Assembly (NCBI GenBank): GCA_963674825.1 | Contig: OY771587.1 | Coordinates: 1,376,001 to 1,440,000, forward strand | DNA length: 64,000 bases | Source of the DNA: Candidatus Cloacimonadales bacterium | GTDB lineage: Bacteria > Cloacimonadota > Cloacimonadia > Cloacimonadales > JAIOQZ01 | Reading direction: 5' to 3' | Shown here: piece after piece, positions 19,640-29,845 of the stretch | How the letters are laid out: every line of letters starts with the position of its first letter | How positions within the stretch are numbered: position 1 is the stretch's first letter | Notes under the pieces: generated by a model | Databases searched by the model: none | Seen by the model: only the letters and a program-made list of their open reading frames with translations | What the model was told of the DNA's origin: nothing | Translations under genes and position numbers: made by a program

Positions 19640-22600
19640 TTATCGCGCATTGATTCGTGTCAATAATTCCGTGCACTCCTCCAGCTTATCGTCATCGGCC
19701 TGCTGAAGGATTGGAAGCGCCTTTTGCAGATGCTCTTTCGCCTCCTCCGTACGATTCATATTCATCAGCGTCTTGCCGATGTTGAAATGCACGATGCCGG
19801 TGCGATGGTTGGAAGGATCGAGTTTTTTCTCGTTCACACCCAACGCTTTGAGATAGTGCTCAAGCGCTTTTTCGTACTGCTCTGATTTGAGATACGCTGT
19901 GCCGATGTTATGATTCGTCACCGCGACCTGTGGGTGATCTTCGCCAAACCGAGCAATCTGTATCTTCAGCGCTCTATCGTAGTACGCAAGTGCATCCTTG
20001 AACGCTCCCGCCTCCATGTGCGTGAAGCCGATCATATGGCAGGTCACAGCAGTCAACGGGTGATCTCTTCCCAAGCGCTCCTCGCGGATTATCAGCGATC
20101 GCTCGTAGTAATCCAATGCCTTTTCAAGCTCGCCCATGTTGCGATAGACCGACGCGATGCTGTAGTAGCTACCTGCGGTGTCGGGGTGATCTGCCCCGAG
20201 CTTCTTCTCCTGAATCTCAAGTCCGCGCTGCAGCGATTCGAGCGCTTTGTCATACTTCCCGAGATTCATATAGACGGAGCCGATATTGCCGAGACTGATG
20301 GCCGTAAACGGATGCTCGGGGCCACGCCTCTTGAGGTTGATCTCCAGCGCGCGATTGTAGTAGTCGAGCGCTTTCTCGAAGTCGCCCCGGAATTTATAGA
20401 ACCAGGCGATATTGTTGTAGTTGCTGCCGGTTTGCGGGTGCTCACGTCCGAGTCGTTTTTCACAGATACGCAGCGCAGAAAGGTAATATTCGAGCGAGCG
20501 ATCGTAATCTCCGAGATTCTTATACACGGATGCGAGATTGTGGTAAATATCGGCAATAAGTGGGTGATCGACGCTGCAATTCTTTTCCCGCTGGTCAAGC
20601 GTCATCTGGAAATATTGCAGCGCTTGGTCATAATCGCCGCGGTCGTAGTAAACCTGCCCGATGTTTTGATAGATTATGTCGGTGGGTATTCGCGTTTTCT
20701 CGAACGTTTTCAGGGCTTTGAAATAGATTTCAAGTGCTTGTTCGCTGTCACCTTTCGCCTTATAGACTTTTGCAATATTGATGTATGGAGCAATCGAGTC
20801 TGGTGCATCGGAATCGCCTATCGTCTCGTGAATATCCAGCGCCCTGCGAAAGCATGCAAGCGCTTCATCGTGGTTTCCCTTCCGGAGATAAACAGATCCC
20901 ATGTTGTCCAGAATGACGGCTGCCTCACGCGATTCGGTATCGCTTAGGCTCAGCGCTGTCTGTAGCGACACAAGCGCCTGGTCGTAATCACCCTTTAGAT
21001 AGTACACCGAAGCAAGTTCGTCGTGCATCTTCGAAATCTCCGCCTGCTCCGTGCCATTTTCCACCTGCATCAGGGAGATAATCCGCAAGAGCAATTTTGC
21101 CGCGTCCGAGAGCTCGTATTTCTTCTTATAATAGCTAGCAGCCGAAGTGTAGTATTCGATTGCACGTGGGATATCCAACCCATACTCGTAGTGCAGGCCG
21201 ATTTCTTCCGCTTTCTCAGCCAGCGAGGTTCCATGTACCTTTTCCATAGCATGAGCGGCAGCCAGATGCAGCATCGCCTGCTGATCGCTCATCATTCGTT
21301 GATAAACCGTCTCGCGGATGAGAATATGACTGAATTCGTAGGTCATGTGAGAAGTCTCGAACCAGATACGATTCGTCTTGCCGGTGCGAAGCTTTTCGTC
21401 GATATCCGCTCCAAGCATCTTGCGCAGGATATCCGCGCTGAACTCCATGCCCAGCACACTCGCACTGAAGATGCAGTCACGAACCGATTCATCCATCCGG
21501 TCGATGCGGCTTCCGATGATATCGCTGATACCGAAGGTGCTGATATATTCGATGGTTCCTTTGAGATTACCCTGATAGTCAAGGTTGCCATTTTCTTGCA
21601 GGAAAGCGGCAAGCTGTTCCGTGAAGAGCGGATTTCCCATCGAGCGATCGCGGATCAGCCTGATGGTTTCCCGTGGAACATCCTGGATACGTAGGACAGA
21701 CTGGATCAGCTCTGTGCATCCATCGTCCGGCATCTGACCCAGTTCGATATCGTATGTTCGATGCGTTTTTAGACGCAAGTCAAGCTTCTCTCCCTGCGAA
21801 AGATAACGGCAGGACAGCACAATCTGAACCGGCTTCACGACACGCAGACTCAGGTGTTGCAGGAATTCGATGGAACGTTCGTCGAGCCATTGCGCATCGT
21901 CGATATTGAGGATTACCGACTTCTGTCCGGCAATCACGGAAACAAACCATGAGAATGCTTCTTTTAGCTCCTGATTCCGATCAAGCGGTGCTATGTGTTC
22001 CCAGGTCGAATTTTCCCACTGGTACCCGAGCAGCGACCCGATGATCGATTCGTTTCGCGCCTTCTCATCCGAATCGGCAGGCAGAGCGTTCCAAAGACTC
22101 GAGAATAGCGCTTTCCCCATTTCGGCAGGCATATCCGGATTATAGTAGAAATATGTTTTGATCAGCTTTCTGAGCGGCTCAAGAGGTTTTTGTATAAGCG
22201 AATCACAGTGAATCACAAACTTGTGAAACTGGTCAAGCGACAGGTCTTTGAAGGCCTCTTCGAGGAGCCTTGTCTTGCCAATTCCCGCTTCTCCCACCAG
22301 ATACAGGGCGTGAATCTTACCCGTCCGGCAGCAATCATTCATCGAATCGATGATTTTCTCGAGTTCGGCCTTACGCCCGACAAACCGGCTCCGAAAGCGC
22401 ATGCTCGCCTTTTTCATCTGGCGGTTAAGCTTGTAGTATTTTATCGGTGTGGAAAATCCCTTCAGGCTGAGCGAGCCCATATAATCAAAATCGTACTGGG
22501 TATGCATCTCCTGCCAAATATAGGTATCGCAGAGAACTTCCTCCAGCCTCGCCCGTGCGATGAGGCGTGCTGCGAGGTTGACAGCGTATCCCAGCGCGGT

Positions 22601-23575
22601 ATATTCATGAGTCCTATCATGACCGATGTATCCTGCAAAGACACTCCCACAGCTTATACTGAGCGAAATCCCGCGAATCCGGCTCAACGCTTCCATAGCA
22701 AATTCACAGATGCGTTCCAGTGTGTTTCCCTCTGTGCGCGGCATTCCGAAAAGAATCAGCGCAATCAATCCCTTGTCCGTAGCATCCAGCTTGTTCACGA
22801 ATCCACCGTAGCGATCGGCAAGCTCATGCAGAATGCCCACCGTCTCTTCCTGGCGGGACGATTCGATGGCTGTTAGATCTGTAAAGCAAAATGCCGCATC
22901 GCGAATCTCGTTACCGGGATTGTCGTTGCGAAACCGTTTATTGATAAACGCTTCGGGGATTTCCGCTTCCTCGATGAGTGTTTTATGGGGAAGCGCACAT
23001 TCTTTGATGCTTCCCATCGGAACATAGCCGACATCGGTGGGCTCGAAGCGATCCAGCCCGATAAACGCGGTTGCAGCCCGGCTGAAGATCAATTCTTTCT
23101 TGTAGGATGCAAGATGTACGAGTTCACGGATCGTATCGCCGTGAAACACATACTCGTATTGCCAGGCATTTCGGAAAATCTTCCAGTGGATATCACCGTA
23201 ATCGACTGTCAGCCTCACCTTGATCGCAAACTCTCCGAACTCCGAGCTGAAGTGTCCGTTCTTGTCGAACCAGTCTTCGATGCGCTGCACGATGGAAAGG
23301 ATATCATCACCCTGAGGAAAGAAAGCCAAAAACGCGTCTCCGGCAAATTCTCCGATGAATCCTCCCCCGCCTTCGATCACCTCGATCGGAAATGCCATCG
23401 AACGTTCCAGCAAGCGACTAAGTTCTTCAGCGCCTTTCTTCCCGTGATTGCGAAATACATTCGCTACCGAAGTGAAATCGACAATGTCCAGAAACAACGC
23501 AAAGCCAGAGAAGCTTCCCTGAAAATTGTCCTGCTCGTATTGACGAACAATAAAAGGCGGCACATAACGATTCAT
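19640..23575 (-). CDS. Class III adenylate/guanylate cyclase (two domains, sAC-like) plus P-loop NTPase plus TPR array
   Basis: LDIVDFT, FAGDA, DKG, EYTALGYAVNLAARL; GEAGIGKT Walker A; IDDAQW Walker B; 42-aa-type TPRs with (D/E)HP motifs. Confidence 0.9.
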   Translation of the reverse strand: MNRYVPPFIVRQYEQDNFQGSFSGFALFLDIVDFTSVANVFRNHGKKGAEELSRLLERSMAFPIEVIEGGGGFIGEFAGDAFLAFFPQGDDILSIVQRIEDWFDKNGHFSSEFGEFAIKVRLTVDYGDIHWKIFRNAWQYEYVFHGDTIRELVHLASYKKELIFSRAATAFIGLDRFEPTDVGYVPMGSIKECALPHKTLIEEAEIPEAFINKRFRNDNPGNEIRDAAFCFTDLTAIESSRQEETVGILHELADRYGGFVNKLDATDKGLIALILFGMPRTEGNTLERICEFAMEALSRIRGISLSISCGSVFAGYIGHDRTHEYTALGYAVNLAARLIARARLEEVLCDTYIWQEMHTQYDFDYMGSLSLKGFSTPIKYYKLNRQMKKASMRFRSRFVGRKAELEKIIDSMNDCCRTGKIHALYLVGEAGIGKTRLLEEAFKDLSLDQFHKFVIHCDSLIQKPLEPLRKLIKTYFYYNPDMPAEMGKALFSSLWNALPADSDEKARNESIIGSLLGYQWENSTWEHIAPLDRNQELKEAFSWFVSVIAGQKSVILNIDDAQWLDERSIEFLQHLSLRVVKPVQIVLSCRYLSQGEKLDLRLKTHRTYDIELGQMPDDGCTELIQSVLRIQDVPRETIRLIRDRSMGNPLFTEQLAAFLQENGNLDYQGNLKGTIEYISTFGISDIIGSRIDRMDESVRDCIFSASVLGMEFSADILRKMLGADIDEKLRTGKTNRIWFETSHMTYEFSHILIRETVYQRMMSDQQAMLHLAAAHAMEKVHGTSLAEKAEEIGLHYEYGLDIPRAIEYYTSAASYYKKKYELSDAAKLLLRIISLMQVENGTEQAEISKMHDELASVYYLKGDYDQALVSLQTALSLSDTESREAAVILDNMGSVYLRKGNHDEALACFRRALDIHETIGDSDAPDSIAPYINIAKVYKAKGDSEQALEIYFKALKTFEKTRIPTDIIYQNIGQVYYDRGDYDQALQYFQMTLDQREKNCSVDHPLIADIYHNLASVYKNLGDYDRSLEYYLSALRICEKRLGREHPQTGSNYNNIAWFYKFRGDFEKALDYYNRALEINLKRRGPEHPFTAISLGNIGSVYMNLGKYDKALESLQRGLEIQEKKLGADHPDTAGSYYSIASVYRNMGELEKALDYYERSLIIREERLGRDHPLTAVTCHMIGFTHMEAGAFKDALAYYDRALKIQIARFGEDHPQVAVTNHNIGTAYLKSEQYEKALEHYLKALGVNEKKLDPSNHRTGIVHFNIGKTLMNMNRTEEAKEHLQKALPILQQADDDKLEECTELLTRINAR

Positions 23576-23576
23576 A

Positions 23577-24257
23577 TTATTCGCTCAGATCGATCTCGAA
23601 GCTGCAAACATCGTCACCATTCATAATCGATTTCACAACTTCGATATGAACCGGTTTCTGAAGGATTTCTTCCCATATTCCGCGGTAGAATCCCGCTCCG
23701 CAATAACAGTAGTTTACGGGGACATCAATGCCAAGCTCTGTCGCGTCGCGGATCAATGGGCAGTGGCAGTAGATTTGTCTGCGTCGTTGTGAATCGGGTT
23801 CGTTCATGTATTCGATCAGATAGCCGCTCTTGGGGATCTTTGTAGCAATCACGCGATTACCATCGAAAACACCTGCTGCACCCCATCCTCGCCCGATGAC
23901 ATCCTCAATCATCGCTTCATCCAGCTTGAGGTGGTTTCTCAGCATTGACTCAAATCGATCCTGCAACATCCGGTGCGGAACCGAGATATCGCCGGTTTCT
24001 TCATATGCCTTGCGCATGGGTTGCAGATCCTCTTGCGGGTATCGACAAGCGCAATCCAGAATAACCTTCTGCGTTTCCTTCTCACCGATAATCATCTCGA
24101 GGCGATTAACCAGCATCGCCAGCCACTGAATCCTGTCACTATCGACTTCGTTGCGACCTTCTTGCAACAATTCGGCAATTTTTTCGGGGGCTATTCTCTT
24201 TTTCAACGCGTTTTGCAGCTTAACAAGCCACTGAAAAAGGAAAGTGTTATCAGACAT
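23577..24257 (-). CDS. Cys-rich V4R-like (DUF6144-like) protein
   Basis: CAC, YCHCP, YCYCGAG and VVKSIMNGDDVCSFEI; start reset to ATG 24257 behind GGAGG. Confidence 0.7.
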   Translation of the reverse strand: MSDNTFLFQWLVKLQNALKKRIAPEKIAELLQEGRNEVDSDRIQWLAMLVNRLEMIIGEKETQKVILDCACRYPQEDLQPMRKAYEETGDISVPHRMLQDRFESMLRNHLKLDEAMIEDVIGRGWGAAGVFDGNRVIATKIPKSGYLIEYMNEPDSQRRRQIYCHCPLIRDATELGIDVPVNYCYCGAGFYRGIWEEILQKPVHIEVVKSIMNGDDVCSFEIDLSE

Positions 24258-24418
24258 TAGGTCCTCCCTGTATTCCAGGTACCGATAGAATTCATAGTTG
24301 AGCAAGATTCGTTGTCAATATGTTTTCTAGACTTGGGAAAAGTGAACTCGAGAAAAGAGTTGACAGACATCGTAACCACAGCAAAATACCTGAAATATGA
24401 AAAAAAGCAGGTAAGACT

Positions 24419-25954
24419 ATGCGCATGAAAGAGCTCAGCATCTTAATCGTGATACTTTCTATCCTTTTTATAATTATATCCTGTGAGGATGAGAAGAAAG
24501 ATGAGACTAAGCCGGTTGCCACGATATCAGGCTCGATTTCGCTGGAAGCGGATAGCCTTGCTGGAATCCAGATTGGGATTGTTTCGTCTCCCGCTGTCGA
24601 AGAAGAGCTCCTCACCGCGCTCAGTACCTATTCGCAGGTTGGTTTCCCGCTCACACTCGGCAATACATTCGATCACAGGCAACATAGCTTCGAACTCACT
24701 ACCGAGACAGACGAACTGGGCAACTTCGTGATCTCCGATGTACCCCATGGGACTTATACAGTTGTAGCGCTGCATCCCGATTACGGTTTTGCATATCGTC
24801 ACAACGTTGTTGTCGATTCCGACCAGGATCACTCTATTGGCGATCCCATCCAGCTCTACCCGGTTACCTATCTCAACGGTATTGTTGCTCAGGAAATTAC
24901 GTTCGAGACTGGGCATCATTACATCGTTGGATCCGACGGTGAAGACGTAACGCTCGCAATGGGAATCTTCGAGCCAGGAGCTGTCATTCGTATAGCCACA
25001 CAAGGAAACATGAACATCTATGGCATGCGTGTTGAGACCTCCGATACATACAATCCCTACTGGTTCACCAGCAACGATATGTTCGATTCATTTGAAGGCT
25101 GCGGCGTCAACGAACCCGCGCCCTTTAACCGAATTGGCATGTATGGACAGAATGAGCTCACGATTCCGCTGAAAGGTGGACGTATCTCTTATTCCACTGA
25201 CGGCATTACCTGTCATTACTATACACTCCAGATTCAGGAGTTCCAGTTTGATTCTTCTTTGCACGGGTTTGTGCTCGAAACGAGTTCAACAGCTTTCATT
25301 CAATTTGAAAACTGCATTTTCTCGAATTGTTCTATCTGGTCGGATATCGACAATGGATATAACGGTCAGGGCATCCGGGTAAATTCAGATGAAAACATCG
25401 ATACGAAGATATCGATATCGAACTGCCTGTTTTATAAAAACGAAGAAGGAGCCCGTCTGAAATTCACCTATGGTGATATCGCAAACAACTATTTTTACGG
25501 CAATTACATCGGATTTAGAGGTGTACGTAGTAAACATTATGTAAATCATAGTTGTTTCGATATGAACAGCATTGGAGCATCACTCTGCGCATCTCGAGAC
25601 ACACTGATGTACAATGATTTCGAAGATGATGATTACAATGTAGAGCTGAATTTCTATTATGTTCAGGGCTCATCCTTTGAGCATTGCTATCCGAAAATCC
25701 AGAAAAATAACTTCATGTGTGAATCCAATAAAACGATCAGCTCACTTGGCCTTCATCCACTTCCCGACTCATGGCACATTGCCGGACAAGGCATTGACCA
25801 CGATTACGAATTCCCGAACAATTACTTCAAAACCAGTGACATAGACACATCCATCATCGATTACTATGACGCAGCGCTGAATGACGATCTTCAATATCTC
25901 GTCATCTATCTACCAAAGTCTGCCTGGGCTATCGATGAAGCAGGAATTCAGTAA
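24419..25954 (+). CDS. Lipoprotein with carboxypeptidase-regulatory-like and parallel beta-helix domains
   Basis: Lipobox IISC; TDELGNFVISDVPHGTYTV; repeated NCIF/NCLF/NNYF. Confidence 0.7.
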   Translation: MRMKELSILIVILSILFIIISCEDEKKDETKPVATISGSISLEADSLAGIQIGIVSSPAVEEELLTALSTYSQVGFPLTLGNTFDHRQHSFELTTETDELGNFVISDVPHGTYTVVALHPDYGFAYRHNVVVDSDQDHSIGDPIQLYPVTYLNGIVAQEITFETGHHYIVGSDGEDVTLAMGIFEPGAVIRIATQGNMNIYGMRVETSDTYNPYWFTSNDMFDSFEGCGVNEPAPFNRIGMYGQNELTIPLKGGRISYSTDGITCHYYTLQIQEFQFDSSLHGFVLETSSTAFIQFENCIFSNCSIWSDIDNGYNGQGIRVNSDENIDTKISISNCLFYKNEEGARLKFTYGDIANNYFYGNYIGFRGVRSKHYVNHSCFDMNSIGASLCASRDTLMYNDFEDDDYNVELNFYYVQGSSFEHCYPKIQKNNFMCESNKTISSLGLHPLPDSWHIAGQGIDHDYEFPNNYFKTSDIDTSIIDYYDAALNDDLQYLVIYLPKSAWAIDEAGIQ

Positions 25955-25962
25955 TAAAAAGA

Positions 25963-27390
25963 ATGAATCGTAATATCGTAATTCTTGGCGCGGGTCTTAC
26001 AGGACTCTCGGTGGGATGGAATATCATCACCGACCGTGAAGAAGGTGGATTGCCGGGATCCACAGTACATCTGTTCGAAAGTCAGGAGACCGTAGGTGGA
26101 TTGGCCCGAACCATCTTGTCTGATGGCTATCGGTTCGATTATGGTCCTCATAACATTCACACCGAATACCAAGATGTCCTGGATTTCATGAAGAACCATT
26201 TTCAGAATGATATCCGCAGGGTATATCCGACTGTCAGCCTCTATATCCGGAATCGTTTCACGCCTTATCCGATTAAAGGACTCAAAGCTGTTACGACTCT
26301 GCCAGTAATGAAGCAGGTTCCTGCGGTAACAGACTTTATAATGGCAAGATTGCGTATGTTCTTCCATGAATCCGAGAATGACGACTCATTTGCCGAGTGG
26401 ATCATCAATCGTTTCGGGAAAACCCTTTACAGTGTATATTTCGGACCATATGCCAGCAAAACCTGGAAATGGGATCCATATGATCTTTCATCCTATGTCG
26501 CGGAAAAACGGGTTCCTGTACTTTCGATTACGGACTATATCAGCAGAACACTTTTCAAGCGGCATCTACGACACCACAAGGAAGATCCTCAGATTATCGA
26601 GAGCTATTATCCGAAATATGGTCCTCAAATGCTGATCGACCTCTTTGCCGCTAAGCAGGATCACATCCACACCAGCACACAGATTAATCGCATAGTCCGT
26701 GATGGTGATCAGATCAAAGCGATTGAGTTCACACAGAATGGAATTGCGGAACGGCTTGATGTTGATTTCTTCTACAACACAATACCACTTCCTGAACTGA
26801 TCAAGCTTCTGGATCCTCCTCCACCGGCCAATATCTTGAAAGCCGCTGATCAGCTCAGCTATTGCGGAGAGTATTTCCTCTACCTCAAGATCAATAAGCC
26901 CAAGGTTTTCGACTCATTCCTGACCTATTTTTCCAGCCCCGACATCCCGTTCAACAGAATCTATGATGTTCGCTCTTACAGTGCCGACTGCCTCCCGGAA
27001 ATGAAAACAGGGCTTTGCGCAGAATACACATGCAATATCGGCGACGAGCAGTGGAATTCATCAGCAGAAGCCACTTTCGAACGTACCATGAGATATTTGG
27101 AACAGCATAACCTGTTGAATCGTAAAGACGTCGATGGGTATTTCATCAAGAAAGTAACGCATGCGTACCCGCGCTTTACCAAAGGATTCCAGCAAAACCT
27201 GGAAATCATACTCGACTACCTTTCAACCTTGAAAAACTTCGTTACGCTAGGACGACAAGGTCTCTTCGCGTACGTCAACATGGACGATGTGATCCGAATG
27301 GGTATGCGCGCAAGCCACCTCCAGTTGAAACGACATAAAGCACGTATAGACTATAAAGACATGATCTCGGGATTCCTCGCAAATGAATAG
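25963..27390 (+). CDS. FAD-dependent oxidoreductase (UDP-galactopyranose mutase/HemY-like, glycan-cluster type)
   Basis: GAGLTG, GGLART, FDYGPH and LGRQGLFAYVNMD motifs. Confidence 0.82.
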   Translation: MNRNIVILGAGLTGLSVGWNIITDREEGGLPGSTVHLFESQETVGGLARTILSDGYRFDYGPHNIHTEYQDVLDFMKNHFQNDIRRVYPTVSLYIRNRFTPYPIKGLKAVTTLPVMKQVPAVTDFIMARLRMFFHESENDDSFAEWIINRFGKTLYSVYFGPYASKTWKWDPYDLSSYVAEKRVPVLSITDYISRTLFKRHLRHHKEDPQIIESYYPKYGPQMLIDLFAAKQDHIHTSTQINRIVRDGDQIKAIEFTQNGIAERLDVDFFYNTIPLPELIKLLDPPPPANILKAADQLSYCGEYFLYLKINKPKVFDSFLTYFSSPDIPFNRIYDVRSYSADCLPEMKTGLCAEYTCNIGDEQWNSSAEATFERTMRYLEQHNLLNRKDVDGYFIKKVTHAYPRFTKGFQQNLEIILDYLSTLKNFVTLGRQGLFAYVNMDDVIRMGMRASHLQLKRHKARIDYKDMISGFLANE

Positions 27391-28498
27391 AGACAAACCG
27401 ATTTATGTAACACGTCCCAGCCTGCCGGATTTCGATCGCTACTCAGAATCGCTCCGTCAAATCTGGGAATCGGGCCAATTAACCAACAACGCTCCATTTC
27501 ATCAGCGATTCGAGAAGGAACTGACACAATACCTCGGCGTTCCAAACTGCAGCCTTTTATCGAATGGTACACTTGCGCTCATCATAGCCCTCCAGGCTTT
27601 GCGCATCACTGGTGAAGTAATTACGACACCTTTCAGCTTTGTCGCCACCACTCACGCCCTTCGCTGGAATGGAATCGAACCGGTTTTCTGCGATATCGAT
27701 CCGAAGACAGGGAATATAGATCCATCCTGTATAGAATCGCTCATCACACCAGCCACTACCGCCATCCTTCCCGTTCACGTTTACGGGCAACCATGCGATA
27801 TGGATGAGATTGAGCGAATCGCCGACGTCTATGGGCTTAAAGTCATCTACGACGCAGCTCACGCGTTTGCTGTACAAAAAGACGGTGTGAGCATCCTTAA
27901 TCGAGGCGACCTCTCCGTGCTGAGCTTCCATGCAACCAAGACATTCAATACGGTTGAAGGTGGAGCGATCGTCACAAGAGATCCCGGCCTGAAACAACGA
28001 GTTGATTTCCTGCGCAATTTCGGTTTCGTTGATGAACTTACCGTCACCTCTCCCGGAATCAACGCCAAGATGAACGACCTGCTTGCTGCATACGGACTGC
28101 TGCAACTTGAAACAATCGATTCCGAAATTGAGAAGCGGAAAGCGAAATTCGAACTCTATCGCTCTTTGCTTGAAGGAGTTGATGGCATCAGGACGATCCC
28201 CATCTTTGAGAACATCCGATATAACTATACCTATTATCCGATCTTTATCGATTCATCACGGTTTGGCAAGAGTCGGGAAGATATCTATCACCTGCTGAAA
28301 GAGCACGACATCCACCCAAGAAGATATTTCTATCCGCTGATATCCGACTTCCCATTCTATCGCAAAATACCTTCGGCATCACCCAAAAACCTGATGATAG
28401 CATCGATGCTGGCCCGGCAAGTCTTGTGCCTGCCTCTCTATGCAGACATTGAAGATGATATAATCCGAGAAATTGTCGATTTTATCTTGTCAAAGTAA
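27383..28498 (+). CDS. vioA: DegT/DnrJ aminotransferase, VioA-like (NDP-4-amino-4,6-dideoxyglucose transaminase)
   Basis: IYVTRPSLP, LTNNAPFHQ, ALQALRITGEVITTPFSFVAT, YDAAHAF and SFHATK (PLP Lys); recalled close similarity to E. coli VioA. Confidence 0.82.
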   Translation: MNRDKPIYVTRPSLPDFDRYSESLRQIWESGQLTNNAPFHQRFEKELTQYLGVPNCSLLSNGTLALIIALQALRITGEVITTPFSFVATTHALRWNGIEPVFCDIDPKTGNIDPSCIESLITPATTAILPVHVYGQPCDMDEIERIADVYGLKVIYDAAHAFAVQKDGVSILNRGDLSVLSFHATKTFNTVEGGAIVTRDPGLKQRVDFLRNFGFVDELTVTSPGINAKMNDLLAAYGLLQLETIDSEIEKRKAKFELYRSLLEGVDGIRTIPIFENIRYNYTYYPIFIDSSRFGKSREDIYHLLKEHDIHPRRYFYPLISDFPFYRKIPSASPKNLMIASMLARQVLCLPLYADIEDDIIREIVDFILSK

Positions 28499-28561
28499 TC
28501 ACAATGAGTCATTGTGACTATGAGATAACTTCTATTAGAGGAATGCGCGCCCAGGTTTTAT

Positions 28562-29836
28562 ATGAATCAAAAGAATAATTTTAAAAACCCTTTCATCTGG
28601 TTGATTATTGCATCTGTCGCAATCAACCTAATTGTCTCTGTTATAAAGGTAATGCAGTGTGAAGACCCCATCCTGCCTGCACCTGATTCGCTCCTGTATT
28701 ATGAGCTTGGGAGTCGTATGACTGAAGGCGGAGGCGTTGTCATGCTCAATGTCGATCCAGACAACCCCAAACCTTCTGCTTACATCATGCCGGGGTATCC
28801 CTTTGCGATCAGCCTTTTCATGCGCGTACTTGGCACACGTCCAGGAGCTTGGGTTTTCTTGATCTTTCAGAAGCTCCTCGCGATGCTGTCGGTGTATCTC
28901 GTTTATCTGATCGGTAAAATGCTGTTCAATCGCCAGATTGGATTTATTGCGTCTATTCTGGCGCTACTTGATCCGGGGTATATCATTTATTCGAACCAAA
29001 TACTCACTGAAAGCCCTATCATCACGCTCACGATCGCGTTCCTGTACCTTGCGACACTTGTTTACACTGGGCGAGAACGACGTTGGTTCATATACATCTT
29101 ACTTGGTTTGAATGGGACAGCAATGCTCTATATCAGGCCTGAATTTGTGATGATATCACTCTTCATATTTCCGCTGCATTTCATTATCAAAAAAGATCCA
29201 CGCATTCTGGTATCCCTGGCAATCCTCTGCTTCCTCTGGTCTTTTTGGGTCATTCGCAACTACAGACAATTCCATCGTTTCATACCACTTACATCTGTCA
29301 GCCAGGTAAATCGCCTCGGTGGCTACTTCCCGGAAGTTAAAAGCTACCTGCGAAACAGCGAACCCGTTCACGACATGCGCAAGCTCGGCTTCTCCGATTC
29401 TCTCGCCACATGGTATCATGTTTATGACAAATATGGCGAGGCTGGCGCAGAGGAATTTTATGAAAGACATTTCCGGGAAAGCCTCAAAAAGCATTCGTTC
29501 CGTGACTTGTTTCAGATTGTCATCTATAAGCTCGAAATGGGATTTGGGCTGGCCTTGCGCTATTTCTCCACCGATTTCTCGGTGCGCATTCTCTTCTTCC
29601 AATTTCTGTTCATCTTCGCGGTAATCGGCCTATATGTGTCTGTTCGGTTGAAAATACCCATTTTGCCGATTCTCGCTCCGGTATGGCTCTGGCTTATCCA
29701 GACATTGACCGTCTATTTCCCGGTACAACGGTACAGAACTCGAGTGATGGATATCTCGGTTATCCTTCTTGGTGCGGTGGGAATTTATTACCTGAACCGA
29801 ATCCGCATCGTAATCGACACAAAAAAACGCAAATAG
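28562..29836 (+). CDS. GT-C fold glycosyltransferase (ArnT/GT39-like)
   Basis: DSLLY, PGYP, ILTES, IRP and W..RNY motifs; multiple TM segments. Confidence 0.78.
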   Translation: MNQKNNFKNPFIWLIIASVAINLIVSVIKVMQCEDPILPAPDSLLYYELGSRMTEGGGVVMLNVDPDNPKPSAYIMPGYPFAISLFMRVLGTRPGAWVFLIFQKLLAMLSVYLVYLIGKMLFNRQIGFIASILALLDPGYIIYSNQILTESPIITLTIAFLYLATLVYTGRERRWFIYILLGLNGTAMLYIRPEFVMISLFIFPLHFIIKKDPRILVSLAILCFLWSFWVIRNYRQFHRFIPLTSVSQVNRLGGYFPEVKSYLRNSEPVHDMRKLGFSDSLATWYHVYDKYGEAGAEEFYERHFRESLKKHSFRDLFQIVIYKLEMGFGLALRYFSTDFSVRILFFQFLFIFAVIGLYVSVRLKIPILPILAPVWLWLIQTLTVYFPVQRYRTRVMDISVILLGAVGIYYLNRIRIVIDTKKRK

Positions 29837-29845
29837 CTGATATCT

